Positions 22,326-35,314 of a stretch of 64,000 nt of DNA are shown here, piece by piece. The stretch lies in assembly GCA_951406725.2 (NCBI GenBank), contig OX597814.1:107570001-107634000 (forward strand), in the 5' to 3' direction. Under the pieces are notes generated by a model. It made no database searches and was not told the origin of the DNA. It saw nothing but the letters and a program-made list of their open reading frames with translations. This stretch comes from Octopus vulgaris (taxonomy: Eukaryota). The position numbers and the translations under genes were made by a program. Position 1 is the first letter of the stretch. Every line of letters begins with the position of its first letter.

Positions 22326-23257
22326 AGGAGTGGCTGTGTGGTAAGTAGCTTGCTTACCCTCCCAGTGAAAGTGGTGAAGAATATATGTTCAGCTATCTCA
22401 GGGGTGGGGCTATTCACAGTTTCGTGGAGAATGATATGGATAGTCGGGTCCTGAGGGAACCAACTTGTATTGACAGCCCAGAGTGGCCTTCGCAGGTGGC
22501 TGCTCTGGTGCTGGAAAGAAAGTACTGTGATCTAATAATTGACTCGTGTAAAAATGAGAATTATAGAATTCTTTTTTGGAGTCCCAGATTTCAGTTGCAG
22601 GAAGGCCTGCAAGTTGCCAGAAAATTACTCAGGGAAGGATTGTAGAGGTTTATCGCCTCCAATTTGTGTATAAATTGTGTTTTATAATTGTATGGACTTT
22701 TTAGTCCAAATACATTGTATTTTAAATTGTAAGAGGGTTAATACCGCTGTATATGTGTTTTTAAAAAACAATGTTTTAGAGAAGCAGAGGGTCGGCGGGT
22801 GCTTTCTGTATTCTCCCATCTTTATCATTGTTGGATCATAATCATTCGCCTCATTAATGTTTATGTCAACCTGCAATGGTACCTTATCTATGTGCTGCCT
22901 ACATGGCAAATTTAATTAATAAAAGTAGCTTGCTTACCAACCACATGGTTACGGGTTCAGTCCCACTGCATGGCACACTGGGCAAGTGTCTTCTACTATA
23001 GCCTCGGGCCGACCAAAGACTTGTGAGTGGATTTGGGAGACGGAAACTGAGAGAAGCCTGTCATATATATCTATGTGTGTGTGTGTGTATTTGTCTCTCC
23101 AACATCGCTTGACAACTGATGCTGGTGTGTTCACATGCCTGTAACATAGCGGTTCGGCAAAAGAGACTGATAGAATAAGTACTAGTACTGGGGTTGATTT
23201 GCTCGACTAAAGGCAGTGCTCCAGCCAACCATGACTGAAACAAGTAAAAAAGTAAAA

Positions 23258-23260
<3 letters not shown>
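22326..23260 (+). mobile_element. tRNA-derived SINE interrupted by a 564-bp insertion (22359-22922) with a 16-bp TSD
   Basis: AAGTAGCTTGCTTACC duplicated at 22343-22358 and 22923-22938; the SINE resumes after the second copy. Confidence 0.85.
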
Positions 23261-23315
<55 letters not shown>

Positions 23316-23523
23316 GAGAGGATTTGAAAATGCCGAGGTCTTTTAAAGATATTTATTGACTTGACCGGATTCATTTTCTTTTAAAAAAAGATTTTGAAAA
23401 GTAAAGTGCAAGATTCTGTGCAGCCTTTGTGGTGTTAAAAATTAGTTGACATAGATGCATTAAAATATAGTGATAGAGTCTTTGACAATGATAAGAAAAT
23501 CTTAAGAGCGGCTTTGTGCTTAA

Positions 23524-23745
23524 CCCTTTCATTACCAACCCGGCTGAAACTGGCTCTGGTTCTGAGTACAAATGTCTTGTGTTCATAAGTTTTGAATTAA
23601 AATATTCTACCAAACCTTAGTCACAATTTATGTTCCTAACACTAGCTGAATGATAACTAAGTTATTTTTACTAAATTCTTTGTTATATTTAAAATTAATT
23701 GAAATAAACACAGAGCATCTCAAAATAAATACAGTAATGAAAGTG
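23524..23745. mobile_element. piggyBac-type MITE, same family as 4678-4882, opposite orientation
   Basis: TTAA flanks, CCCTTTCATTAC TIR, matching internal sequence. Confidence 0.8.
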
Positions 23746-24109
23746 TTAAACAGTTTACATAAAAGTGTTCAAAATAGGCATTTAAATAAATTCATAATTA
23801 TTTATAAGTTCATCAGAAATCTTAATTGTTTATAAGCATGTATACAAAAAGAATTTGTAGACAGTATTTGATAGGAGAAAGTGTGAATTGCTTTGTCAAA
23901 AGTTCATCAGAAACCATGATTGTTTGTATGAATTTTAGAGGTATGACCAACTATTTTGCTTCATCTCCAGTCTTTGCCTTTCATTCTTTTGGGGTCAATG
24001 AAATAAGTACCAGTTGAGCACTGGGGGTCTAGCCCCCTCCCCCAAAGTTGCAGGTCTGGTGCCTATAGCAGAAAGGATTATTATTATTATTATTATTATT
24101 ATTATCATT

Positions 24110-24805
24110 TGGTTTGTCTCAGGTTTGGTCTTATTCCTGGTAGGATTTCTGTGGGTAGTGGGTTATTACCTGTAACCTTAGGGATCCATAAGTTTCCAGT
24201 GGTCTTTCAAATGCTTGGAACCCTCTTGATAATTCTTGCTGTTCCTAACAGACAAACTTTCAGTAGGAGCTCCACCGGGCATTCTATTCCAATCTCCTTC
24301 AGCCATTTGTCTATATCTTGGCTTACTGTTCCCATTATTATTGTTGTTGTTGTTGTTGTTGTTCTTGTTGTCTTTGCACATTGTTGGATCATAATCTTTG
24401 CACTGGAAATGTACTACAGTGTCAGCTGTTCACTACCAGTGAACTAAGATAGCACCTCTTATTTTTCGAGCACCTTCTAAAGTATTCGAGCGGTTCCAAG
24501 CAGTGCTGTTTTCTGCAAGTGCTCTACCCTTATTGCAGCCCCTATTTGTTCCACATACTTCTTGAGATTTTTACTCACTGTTCCCAGGGCTCCAACAATT
24601 ATTGGTGCTACTGCTACCTTTTTCATCAACCACAACTGCTTAACTTGCCAAGCTAACCTGTCATATCACCCAACTTTTCTTTCTTTCTTATCACATACCT
24701 TGTTGTCAGCTGGACATGCTATATCTATGATCCAGCATCGTTTACTTTCTTTCTCAATTAACACTATGTCTGGCTTTCTATTCTCTATCACATGGTCACA
24801 CTATT
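24110..24805 (-). mobile_element. two 3' fragments of REL-endonuclease (R4/NeSL-like) LINEs
   Basis: Minus-strand translation RKPDIVLIEKESKRCWIIDIACPAD...PIIVGALGTVS...LQKTALLGTARIL and GTVSQDIDKWL...CLLGTARII. Confidence 0.8.
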
Positions 24806-25423
24806 TTAGAATGCGATTATTATTATTATTATTATTATTATTATTTTTATTATTGAGTGAGAGAGCAGTGCATGCCATCAAAGTGACACTGGGGTAAAAT
24901 ATACAAAGCCCAGTATACCCATCATGACTACCCGTCTGATAAGGGTACACCAGGCACATGCATCACAACCATATGTGCACGACATGGTGATCTCTTACCA
25001 AGATAAACAGCGCATGACCTTGCAGGTGGGACCCAGTTAGAACTTTCTTCTGGTCGAGTAGCCCATCCTGCTCAAAAGGTCCCTGAATAAGGATTGTTTA
25101 AGGATGTTGAATGAAACACCCATGTTTCCAAAGGTGAATTATCCAAACCTCTAAGAATTCCTTTCAACACACAGCTATGATGCTCCCCACTACTTCTGCT
25201 CATGATCAAAGATGCACATATTGCCAGCCACTAAGGGACATGCTCAACTGGTTATGGTCAAGCAACTGACAAGCAAATCTGTGGTATTCAGCAGAATATT
25301 TGCTGTAGCCCATCTTTTACACCAAGACAAAACAATGTACATGATAATACTTCCAATCAGTTTAAGATCAGAAGCCATGAGAGCCACTGCCTGGTACTGC
25401 ATCATCATCATTATTATTATTAA

Positions 25424-25471
<48 letters not shown>

Positions 25472-25823
25472 CATCATCATTATTATTCATGGTGTGCCCA
25501 AGCGGTTTGCATTTAGAATCAATCTCCTTGCTCCCAGATCACAACCTGTTTCCTTAGATATGGAGTATCCTTTCTTACAATCCCAATGAAGCAGATTTCT
25601 GAATTAATGCAACTCTTGCAGTTACACCAATCTCAATAAAGGAACTGCCAAGTCTGCTGGTGACACTACCTAGGGAATCTAGGACAACTGGGATTACATT
25701 TTTAGAAACTCTTCACATCCTTTATGTTTCCCCAACCAATTCCTTATATTTTCCTTTTTTTTCTCCTGTTCTTTGACTGCTACATTCTCGTCCATAGATA
25801 TAGCCACATCTATGATGATGCAT

Positions 25824-26047
25824 TCTTCTTCTTCTTCTTCTTCTTCTTCTTCTTCTTCTTCTTCTTCTTCTTTCTTCTTCTTCTTCTTCTTCTTCTTCTT
25901 CTTCTTCTTCTTCTTCTTCTTCTTCTTCTTCTTCTTCTCCTCCTCCTCCTCCTTCTTCTCCTCCTCCTCCTTCTTCTTCTTCTTCTTCTTCTTCTTCTTC
26001 TTCTTCTTCTTCTTCTTCTTCTTCTTCTTCTTCTTCTTCTTCTTCTT
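25824..26047. repeat. (CTT)n/(CCT)n microsatellite
   Basis: Direct read. Confidence 0.97.
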
Positions 26048-26365
26048 TATACCTGCTCAGTTTTTAGTAGGTCAGTTTTTGGAAGTGGAAAAAGAAGAAG
26101 CCTAAGTAGTTGAGTGGTGTTGGTCAAATGGAGGTTGTCTCAGCTAAACCATTGGGAGTTTTTGTACCATTACAGGTGTTCTCTTATACTTTGGGTTTCC
26201 TCATCACCATCCCCTTCCTCTTCCTCTTCTTCTTCTTACCTCTCTCCCCTCCTCTCCCTTCTCTTCCCCTTCTTGCCCCTCTCCCCTCCTCTTCCTCATC
26301 TTCTTCATCATTTAACTCCCGTGTTCCAACTGGTATGGTTTGGAAATGGCACTAAATAATCCTTG

Positions 26366-26642
26366 TGCTTCTCAAACCATTTCTTGCCTATGGACCCCTT
26401 TTCATTCCTATTTTACTCTACAGGACCCTCATAGCCATTTGATATTTAGAAAGAACCCCTATTGTATTTTTATGATTAAATATAATTAGGAACTGTATAA
26501 AAACAATCGTTAAAATATTTCATGTAATGTAGAAGTGCAGCCAATCTATTGCTCGTAAATTTCAACAACAAAATCTAATATAGACCCCACAAAGGTCCTA
26601 TGGAAACCCTCGGCTCATATAGACCTTGGTTGAAAGCCACTG
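26366..26642. mobile_element. hAT-type MITE
   Basis: Terminal gtgcttctcaaacc ... ggttgaaagccactg. Confidence 0.5.
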
Positions 26643-27124
26643 ATTTAGACTAAAAAGAACTTTTGGAGAAGATGAAGATCTCACATGGATTTCGCAATGT
26701 CAGCATCCATTGTTCTTAGTTTTGTGGGTGCTGAGTGCACATCACAAAGGATAATGCAGGAGACAGGAATCTGAAGTTTATAATCTGTTTTCCCGTCAGA
26801 TAGAGAAAGAGCTGATCGAATGAGGTCACGAAATATCAGTATCAATGCTTGCTGCTCAGCAAAACAATATTTTATGGTCAATTTTGCAGACATTCCAAAA
26901 GTATTTGTTTAAGCAGGACAGCAGTTCCAAGATATCACTAAATTATCATGAAACACCAGATTTATTTATTTTCATGGTTATGACTTGTAGACAAATACCA
27001 TTATGCATTCATAATTTATCCAGCAACAGTAAAGAATTTGAGGTGTACATCAAGGCGAATGAAACTTGGAACACAAAATCGAAGCCTAGGGAGAAGGGTA
27101 ATGCTGTGTGTTTCATACAATTTC

Positions 27125-27605
27125 ATGGACCAAAATCACTGAATGGATCCTTATGATATTTGAAACTTAGATACAATGCATAAGGGCGGGTATAATGCAA
27201 TATGTTTGGTTTGAATTTCAGATGGCTTAAAGGGGGCAGAACCCCCCATGAATATTCATAAATTTTCGATGTTGATGAAATTTCAACCATGGGTAATTGA
27301 CACACATCAAGAAGTATTCTCAAAGTTTCCACTTCACATGAGGATTATATGACACCCCAAATTTTAGTAATTTCTTTTATGATCCAAAACTAGGTCAAAA
27401 GTACTGAATGGATCTTTACGAAATTTGGAAATTATATTCTATGCATAAGGGCCACAACCCCATGACAATTCATATATTTTTGCTGTTGATGAAATTTTAA
27501 CAATAGATATTAGACACAAATGAAGTAATATTTATAAAATTTCAGCTTCTTACAAGTTAGAAAGACCCCCACATGAGGACTTAACACCCACAATTTAGTT
27601 ATTTT
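27125..27605. repeat. imperfect direct duplication (~270-bp units), probably transposon-internal
   Basis: actgaatggatc..tgcataagggc..gttgatgaaattt..cacatgagga occurs twice. Confidence 0.6.
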
Positions 27606-28502
27606 ATCTAAGCAAAGACAAATACAGTTGTACTCTTGGAAGCTGTAGGGTCACCCAAGCATAAAAGATGAGCATTATTTGTAATTCAATGGTACAACAG
27701 TGTAATTCATTGTCGCCTTACTGGCACTTGTGCCGGGGGAACATGAAAAACATTCAAGCGAGGTTGTTGCAAGTGCCGCAGGACTAGCTCCTGTGCAGGT
27801 GGCACATAAAAAACACCATTTAAGCATGGCCATTGCCAGTACCACCTGACTGGCCCTCGTGTAGATGGCACGTAAAAGCACCCACTACACTCTCGCAATG
27901 GTTGGTGTTAGGAAGGGCATCCAACTGTACAAACACTGCCAGATCAGACTGGAGCCTGGTGCTGCCATCTGTCTCACCAGTCCTCAGTCAATTCGTGCAA
28001 CCCATGCCAGCATAGAAAGCGGATGTTAAAAGACGATGATAATGATGATGATGATAATATAAATAATATATAAATATATATGCATACATATGCATGTATG
28101 GGCACATGCATGTATGGGTACAGGACACCACAGAATGTAAACAACATGAATTACGAAAACATGGAATACAATATCATCAATGTTTAACTGCCATTGTCCA
28201 TACTGACATAGATTGGACAGTTGTAGATAGGAGCTGGCAAGGCTGGAGGGCTGTGCCAGGTTCCAGTTGTTTGTCTTGGCATGGTTTTTATGGCTTGAAG
28301 CCTTTCCAAACACGAACCACTTTCTTTGCAGAGTACATTGGCCACTTTTATGTGGCACCAGTATTGATGCTTTGTACATGGTATTCACACAGGTGCCTTT
28401 CACTTGGCATGTATATCATCATCATCATTTAACGTCTGTTGTTCATGCTGTCATGGGTTGGATGATGTGACCAGAGCTGGTGAGCTGGAAGGCTGCACCA
28501 GA

Positions 28503-28543
<41 letters not shown>

Positions 28544-28914
28544 ATACATATACATATATATATACATACACACAACTCACACACACTCACACACACACAA
28601 CTCACACACACACACACACACATTCCTTTGTTCTTTTACTTGCTTCAGTCATTTGACTGTGGCCACACTGGAGCATCACCTTGAAGGGTTTTAGTCTAAC
28701 GAATCAACCCCAGGATTAATTTTTATAAAATCAAGTACTTATTCAATTGATCTCTTTTGCTGAACTGCTAAGTTACAGAGATATAAACGCACCAACACTG
28801 GTGATGGAGGGGACAAACAAAAACACACACAACTTATATATATATATAATAGACTTCTTTCAATTTCCATCATCCAGATCCACTCACAGGGCATAGATTG
28901 GCCTGAGGTGTAGC

Positions 28915-29507
28915 TAGAGATGTGGCCGGCCTCTTCATGACCTGGTGGGACAGAAAACTTAAACAAATGTTAGCAGAGCAGTCCACAACTCTTCTACTCT
29001 ACAGTAGATATGTAGATGACATTAATATAATAGTTAGAACCAACTCTAGTGACGGTAGTGTAGAGACTGAGAAGAACGTAATGGAGAGCATCAAGCAAAT
29101 AGCTAACTCCATCCACCAAAGTATCAAGGTAACTATAGATTTCCCCACCAAGCACCCCAACAACAGACTCCCTGTACTTGATACTGAACTTTGGTTAGAG
29201 CCTGTGAACAACAGGGTGCAACTCCCTCATTCTTATTACATGAAACCCATAACTTCAAAATATGTTGTTTACAAGAACTCAGCTTTGTCACACAACATGA
29301 AAATTAACATACTGATAGCAGACTTAGTTAGAATAATGAACAATGTGTCCCCACTATGCAAACCCTAAGAAACGAAAAAACATATACAGAACTTCATACA
29401 CCGCATGCAGTTCTCTGGATATGATCAGAAAGATAGGGTTCGCATAGTGGGGACACTTTGTTTGTTATTCTAACTAAGACTGCTATCAGTATGTTAATTT
29501 TCATTTT
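28915..29507 (+). mobile_element. Penelope-like element reverse transcriptase fragment with an inverted duplicated end
   Basis: YSRYVDD...LPVLD...YYMKP...SALS..K motifs; one in-frame stop at 29366-29368; 29443-29507 is the reverse complement of ~29296-29360. Confidence 0.85.
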
Positions 29508-30589
29508 GACTGAGCAGACTAGAGCCTGGTGCAGCCTCCTGGCTTCCCAGACCCCAGTCGAACTGTCCAACCCATGCTAGCATGGAAAATGGACGTCAAA
29601 CGATGATGATGATGATATTTTTGAAAATAAATGTACCTTAAAAATTGGCATATATATTAGTAAATGCTTATAATTGTACAAGGGCCAAGAAGGTCGAGAT
29701 TGTTGCTTGGGTTTGCTCTGATTAAATACCATCATCATCATCATGATCAACATCAACAACAGCAAGAACAATGACATCAGTAGTAATAAGAACAACACCA
29801 CCAACAACCACCAACCAACCAACCAGCCAACCAACCAACCAACCAACCAGCCACCACCACCACCACTGCTATTACTACAACAACAACTACTACTACTACT
29901 GTTATTTCCAATTCCATGTTGTTGGTATATTCTTCACAATCCAAATCTCCAAATCTGATTCTTCAGCCGTTTACCAATATTTTTTGACATATTTCTTTCA
30001 TTAGTGACTCATAATTAATTTCAGCTTTATTAATACAAAACTGATTTAATTTAACCTAATTCCCTTGATCAATGATTAGAAAATTATGAGAAAATTACAA
30101 ACCAAAAAAAAAATGAAAATTTAAATTTAAAAAAAAACACTAAAAAAAAGGCCATGTTTTAATTTAAAGAATCAGCTAAAAAGCTGGCACCAGTGGCAAA
30201 ACGGTCGTTCCTCTGGGATTATTTGAAACATTGACAGTATTTTCAAAGTGAGGTGAGACATTTTCACCTGACTGATTTTTATGAACTCCATTTTTGTGAG
30301 CCTCGTTTAAGAATAGGTGGAGGTGTGGCTCAGAGGTTTGCTTCCCAACTACAAGGATTCAGGTTCTGTCCTACTGCACGGCACTTTGTATCCTATTCCA
30401 TTGTTTGTTTCTATATCTATTGCAGGTACCACTGATATCATTACGTATAATGTTGTCTAATTTCTTTCCTGTCAAACTGTCCAATCCATGCCAGCAGGGA
30501 AAAATGGACATTAAAAGATGATGATGATGATGATATCACACTCATATCTATATATACATACATATTCACTGGATATGCAATGTCAGTGT

Positions 30590-31343
30590 GCATGTATGAC
30601 AGTGTAAGCATCTTCAGAGAAAAAAGTTGGGCATAAGAAGCATCAGATGTGGTGTGCAAGGGAGACACCTGCACTGGTATGGTCATGTGATGCATATGGA
30701 CGAGGACAGCTGTGTGAAGAAGTGCTGATCTCTAACTGTGGAGGGAACCTGTGGTAGAAGTAGACCCAGAAAGACATGGGACGAGGAGGTGAAGTATGAT
30801 CTTTGAACTTTGGGCGTCACAGAGGCAATTAGTAGTGACCAAGACCTTTGGGGATATGCTCTGCTTGAGAAGGCCTGTCAACCAAGTGAAATCGTGGTCG
30901 TGGCTGATGCTGGTATCTCGTAACTGGCATCTGTGCTGGTGGCACGTAAAAAGCACCTTTTGAGCATTGGACCTCGTGGAGGCAAACTAGCTGATGTTGG
31001 TGGCATATGAAAAGCTCCTTTCAAGTATGAGCCTCACAGAGGTAATGATGAATGACTGAGACCTTTGGCATTATGTTGTGCTTGAGAAGAAGACCCATGA
31101 AGCCGAGCAAAATCGCAGTCATGGAAGATACTGGTGTCATGCAAATGGTACCTGTGCCACTGGCATGTAAAAGCACCCATTACACCCTCAGAGTGGTTGG
31201 TGTTAGGAAGGGCATCCAGCCATAGAAACCATGCTAAATCAGACTGGAGTCTGGTGCAGCTTTCCAGCTTGCCAGCCCCAGTCAAACCGTTCAACCCATG
31301 CCAGCATGGACGACAGACGTTAAATGATGATGATGATGATGAT
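30590..31343 (+). mobile_element. RTE LINE 3' end (ORF remnant, UTR and (GAT)n tail)
   Basis: WYGHVMHMDEDSCVKK...G..GRSRPRKTW motif followed by the UTR. Confidence 0.85.
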
Positions 31344-31409
31344 AGTACCAAACAAAGCGAAAAGCTGCATTGTGTAAGAGACTATGGAGAAGGAGAAATT
31401 AAGACGAAA

Positions 31410-31730
31410 GGAAAGAATTTACTTTCGACTTGAAAGAGTTCGGGTCATAAGAAGGGGGAAAACAATGAGATGGGAAAGACTTCCAAAGTCTGGCAGTTTG
31501 AGGGGGAAAAGATTATGACTGTAGAAAGACTTCCTTATCCATTGAAGCACAACAGCATTTGGATGAAGACATTGTAAGCTTTGACTCAGGCAAGATGGCA
31601 CAAAGTGATGTGGAACTTTGGTAGAAAGTTCATCAGAGCTTGTTCTGTGGTAAAATATAATAAAAGAGACTAAAACTGGTGATGTGACATTGCTGTGACA
31701 AAGGTTGCAGAGGTTGGAGAAAGAGAGGGA
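31410..31730 (-). mobile_element. degraded L2/CR1-group LINE C-terminal fragment
   Basis: Frameshifted ..SLFYY..SSDELS..HPNAV..ARLWKSL..FPP.YDPNSFKSKVN. Confidence 0.55.
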
Positions 31731-32068
31731 ATACACACACACACACACACATAGTTAATCCAAACATGAACAAAGAGAAAACACAACAACGTGAGGATGT
31801 GGAACAAGTATAGTGTTATTGGACGCTCAGGAAAGGAAAGAAAGAAGGAGGATTTGACGTTTCAAGCGGAGCTCTTCATCAGAAACATAGGAAAAGGAAA
31901 GATCCAAGGAAGGGAAGACAGAGGAAAGAAATCGTCGATACATACGCAGTCACATATTGAAATGTAGTCAATCCAAACAAGGGAAGATGGAGAAAGAAAA
32001 TCGCCAATGATACACACGCAGTCATATATATATAATAAATAATAAATAATATATATGTATATGTATAT

Positions 32069-33250
32069 CAGTGGTGAGTCTGGCACTCGGGCTGTTTGGG
32101 CTTAGCCCGAGTAATATAAATTTAGTAAAGTGAACGTATATTTGCAAGCTGAATTTCTGCCAACACTGACTTCAAGTATGTTATTGCAGCCAATAACTCA
32201 GGCTCCTTTTATTGAGCTTGGTCACAGTTCATTCATTTTTGTTCAGTGTCTGGCGGTCGTCTTAGAGGTGCTCTGTGTCAAAAAATGCCATTCCTAGCAA
32301 TCATTCACACGCATCTGATCCAGGCTCAGAAGTTACAGCCCAAGTTGTTGTCTATAATCGTAAAAATTAAAAGTAATTCAAATTCAATGTTTTCTTGAAA
32401 CAATAAATTTCTATAGGGATTAGGATTTAAATTGTGTCTAATGGCATAAAGTAATAGGTATGCAGAATAAGTACGTGGGTTGGTTTACCACTAAAATTCC
32501 AACTTCAACTGCAACTGGAACAAAACAAAAGTGGCATTGTAGCAGCCTAGCAAAGAATGGCTTTATGTGGTTCTTCATTGGGTGGCATGATATACATTAG
32601 ACAGAAAGAATGGACAGGCAAAACATGGGATCACTTTAGAGTATGGAATTTATAGTTCAAACATAATTGTTAGATTAAATAAGGGATTCAGAAGTTATGC
32701 ATGAAATCTCTTAGAGTTGTTTCTAGAATAGCCGTGCATATGGTGCATACTTTATTGAGCAAAAATTTCCATATAAAAATCCAAAAAGAGAGAAAAAATT
32801 AAGGAATATTCTTGATATTAGTAGTTACCAGTTCCATTGTCAAAGAGATAGTCGTTAATCCTTTCTCTCTGAAGATAGAATTGTTGGCTTTTATATAAAA
32901 ATCTTTGCTCAATGAGATATGCACTAAACATACAGGTATTCTAGAAACAGCTGTAACTGACTTCATGCATAATTTTCTTAATTCCTTGCAATGTTCAGCC
33001 AATCCAAATGGTTCCTCCAAAGGTGCTCTTTGTCTAAATACTGGCTTCTGGCTGGTGCTTATTTTATTGATCTCTGCTTGTCAAAATAACTTCAAATCTA
33101 ATTTAACATTTAAAAAAATGCATAAAATAATTAATGATTGTAAACATTATAAATATGAAATTTTGGGTTTGATGCTGGTGAAAGGACATCTGACTAGCTA
33201 TGTTCAAATATTGGGTTTTTGTTATCGGTTTTCTTTGGTCAACTTGTGAT
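32069..33250 (-). mobile_element. degraded hAT transposon 3' part
   Basis: ELRKLCMKSVTAVS..VC..FYIK..LVTTNIK resembles the hAT dimerisation domain; CAGTG at 32069. Confidence 0.45.
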
Positions 33251-33329
33251 TAGAATCAGTTTTCTTAAACCTATGAGAGAGAAGAAATGACATCCTGGAG
33301 AAGAGACCTATGCTAAGTTTTCAGAAAAT

Positions 33330-33892
33330 TTTCATTGTTCTCAACACAAACAAGGAGATCTTCTGTAACTGAAACCCAAGAGTCTTTTTGGTCAGCTGAA
33401 AGCAGTTTTGGCACAAACTTGGCAGACATGTGTCTTATACCCAAATCTTCAGTGATAATGGACTGAGCTGAACTGTAACTAATCTGCACATCCTCTGATA
33501 ACTCACAGATGGTGATTCAATGAGTTCCTCTCACTGCTGCATGCACATCTGTGATGTCTTTCTCAGTTCGGCTGGTTGCATGTCTCCCAGAATGTTCATC
33601 AATATCGACATTTTTTCGGCCATCTTGGAAGCATCTGAACCACTCGTACATTTTTGTGCAACTCATACACTCCTCTCCATACACTTTCTGCAACTTTGTG
33701 TAGGCCTCTGAGCTGGTATTGCCATGACAACTTCCTCTGACATGGTCAATGCCACAACCACACGCTACACACCTTCCTTCCAAGCACTGCAGTAAACAGC
33801 AGAAGTGAGCTAGAATGCTAAAACAAGCAACTTCACTCTGCATGATTTAGCTTCGTTACTATGGCAACAGTCTGGATACTTATTGATCAGAC
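33330..33892 (-). mobile_element. mariner transposase 5' fragment with TIR
   Basis: SEAYTKLQKVYGEECMSCTKMYEWFRCFQDGRKNVDIDEHSGRH HTH region, then VSAKFVPKLL; TIR gtctgatcaataagtatccagact. Confidence 0.88.
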
Positions 33893-33957
33893 GTTGCTCC
33901 ATTTATTTCAAGGCTTAGTGACAAGAAATAAGACTAGCCAAGAATCTACGACAGGCC

Positions 33958-34415
33958 TCCTACTACTACTGCTGCTACAAATGTTACCCATGCTGCTGTT
34001 ACTACTACTACTGCTACCACTACGACTAATACTAGTACTACTGCTACTACTGCTATTACTACTACTACTGCTACTACAACTACCACTGCTACCGCTGCTA
34101 CTACTACTGCTACCGCTGCTGCTAATACTACTACTGCTACTACTGCAACTACTACTAGTACTACTACTGCTATTACTACTACTACTACTACTACTGCTAC
34201 CGCTACTACTACTGCTACTGCTGCTGCTAATACTACTACTACTACTGCTACTGCTGCTGCCACTACTACTACTGCTGCTGCTGTTGCTACTACTACTATT
34301 ACTACTACTACTACTGCTATTACTGCTGCTGCTACTATTACTATTACTACTACTACTAATACTACTACTACTGCTACTACTACAACTACTACTACTACCA
34401 CGGCTACTGCTACTG

Positions 34416-34451
<36 letters not shown>

Positions 34452-34622
34452 ATGCTGCTGCTACTACTACTACTATGGCTAGTGCTGCTGCTACTACTAC
34501 TACTAATGCTGCTGCTGCTACTACTACTACTATTACTACTACTACTGCTACTAATGCTGCTGCTGCTGCTACTACTACTACTACTACTACTACTACTATC
34601 ACCACCACCACTACCACCACCA
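33958..34622. repeat. (CTA/CTG)n trinucleotide tract
   Basis: Direct read; source of the poly-L/poly-V ORFs. Confidence 0.97.
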
Positions 34623-35143
34623 TATTGCTAATTTATTCTGCTATGGTTGTTGGTATGTTGATGATATTGTTGTTGTTGGTGATGGTGATGATGATGGTGG
34701 TGGTAGTTATTACAAAGAGATGACCATGGCATGAGAAGGTGGGCGGCAGTGGGGGTGGTTAGGCAGTTTGAGTGGTCAAAATTTGGATGATATCCATTAA
34801 ATTCAGTTTTCTAGGTCAGCAAATGCCATTGATCACCTCTCACAAATTTCTCTCCTCCCCTCCTTACATATCTCTCTCTCAATCTTGCTCTCCTTACTTC
34901 CCTACTTCCCTATATGTCTGTATGTGTGTTTCCTTTCCCACCGCCAACCCACCCGCCTCCAGACCATAACTTAGCCTTTAGCAAAGGGGTCCAATATTGT
35001 AAGTCCCAAGTTAAAAAAAATGAATTGATTTAAATAATGGTGGGGGCCAGGGTCATTGGACTAAAGAATTCTTGGAAGCAGTGCCCCAGCATGGCCGCAG
35101 TCCAATGACTGCAGCAAGGAAAAGAATAAAAGAATATATGGAT

Positions 35144-35314
<171 letters not shown>

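Noticed and set aside
26650-27156. ORFs of 70-103 aa in non-repetitive-looking sequence
   Set aside because: No recognisable domain or consistent splice sites; flanked by transposon debris
32940-32960. GAAACAGCTGTA motif as another hammerhead
   Set aside because: No upstream CUGANGA or stems; it lies inside a putative hAT coding remnant
33861-34723. Long ORFs of poly-L/V/T (also 25724-26113, 39877-40360, 42239-42851, 43576-45248)
   Set aside because: Translations of microsatellites that lack stop codons; no splice or homology support
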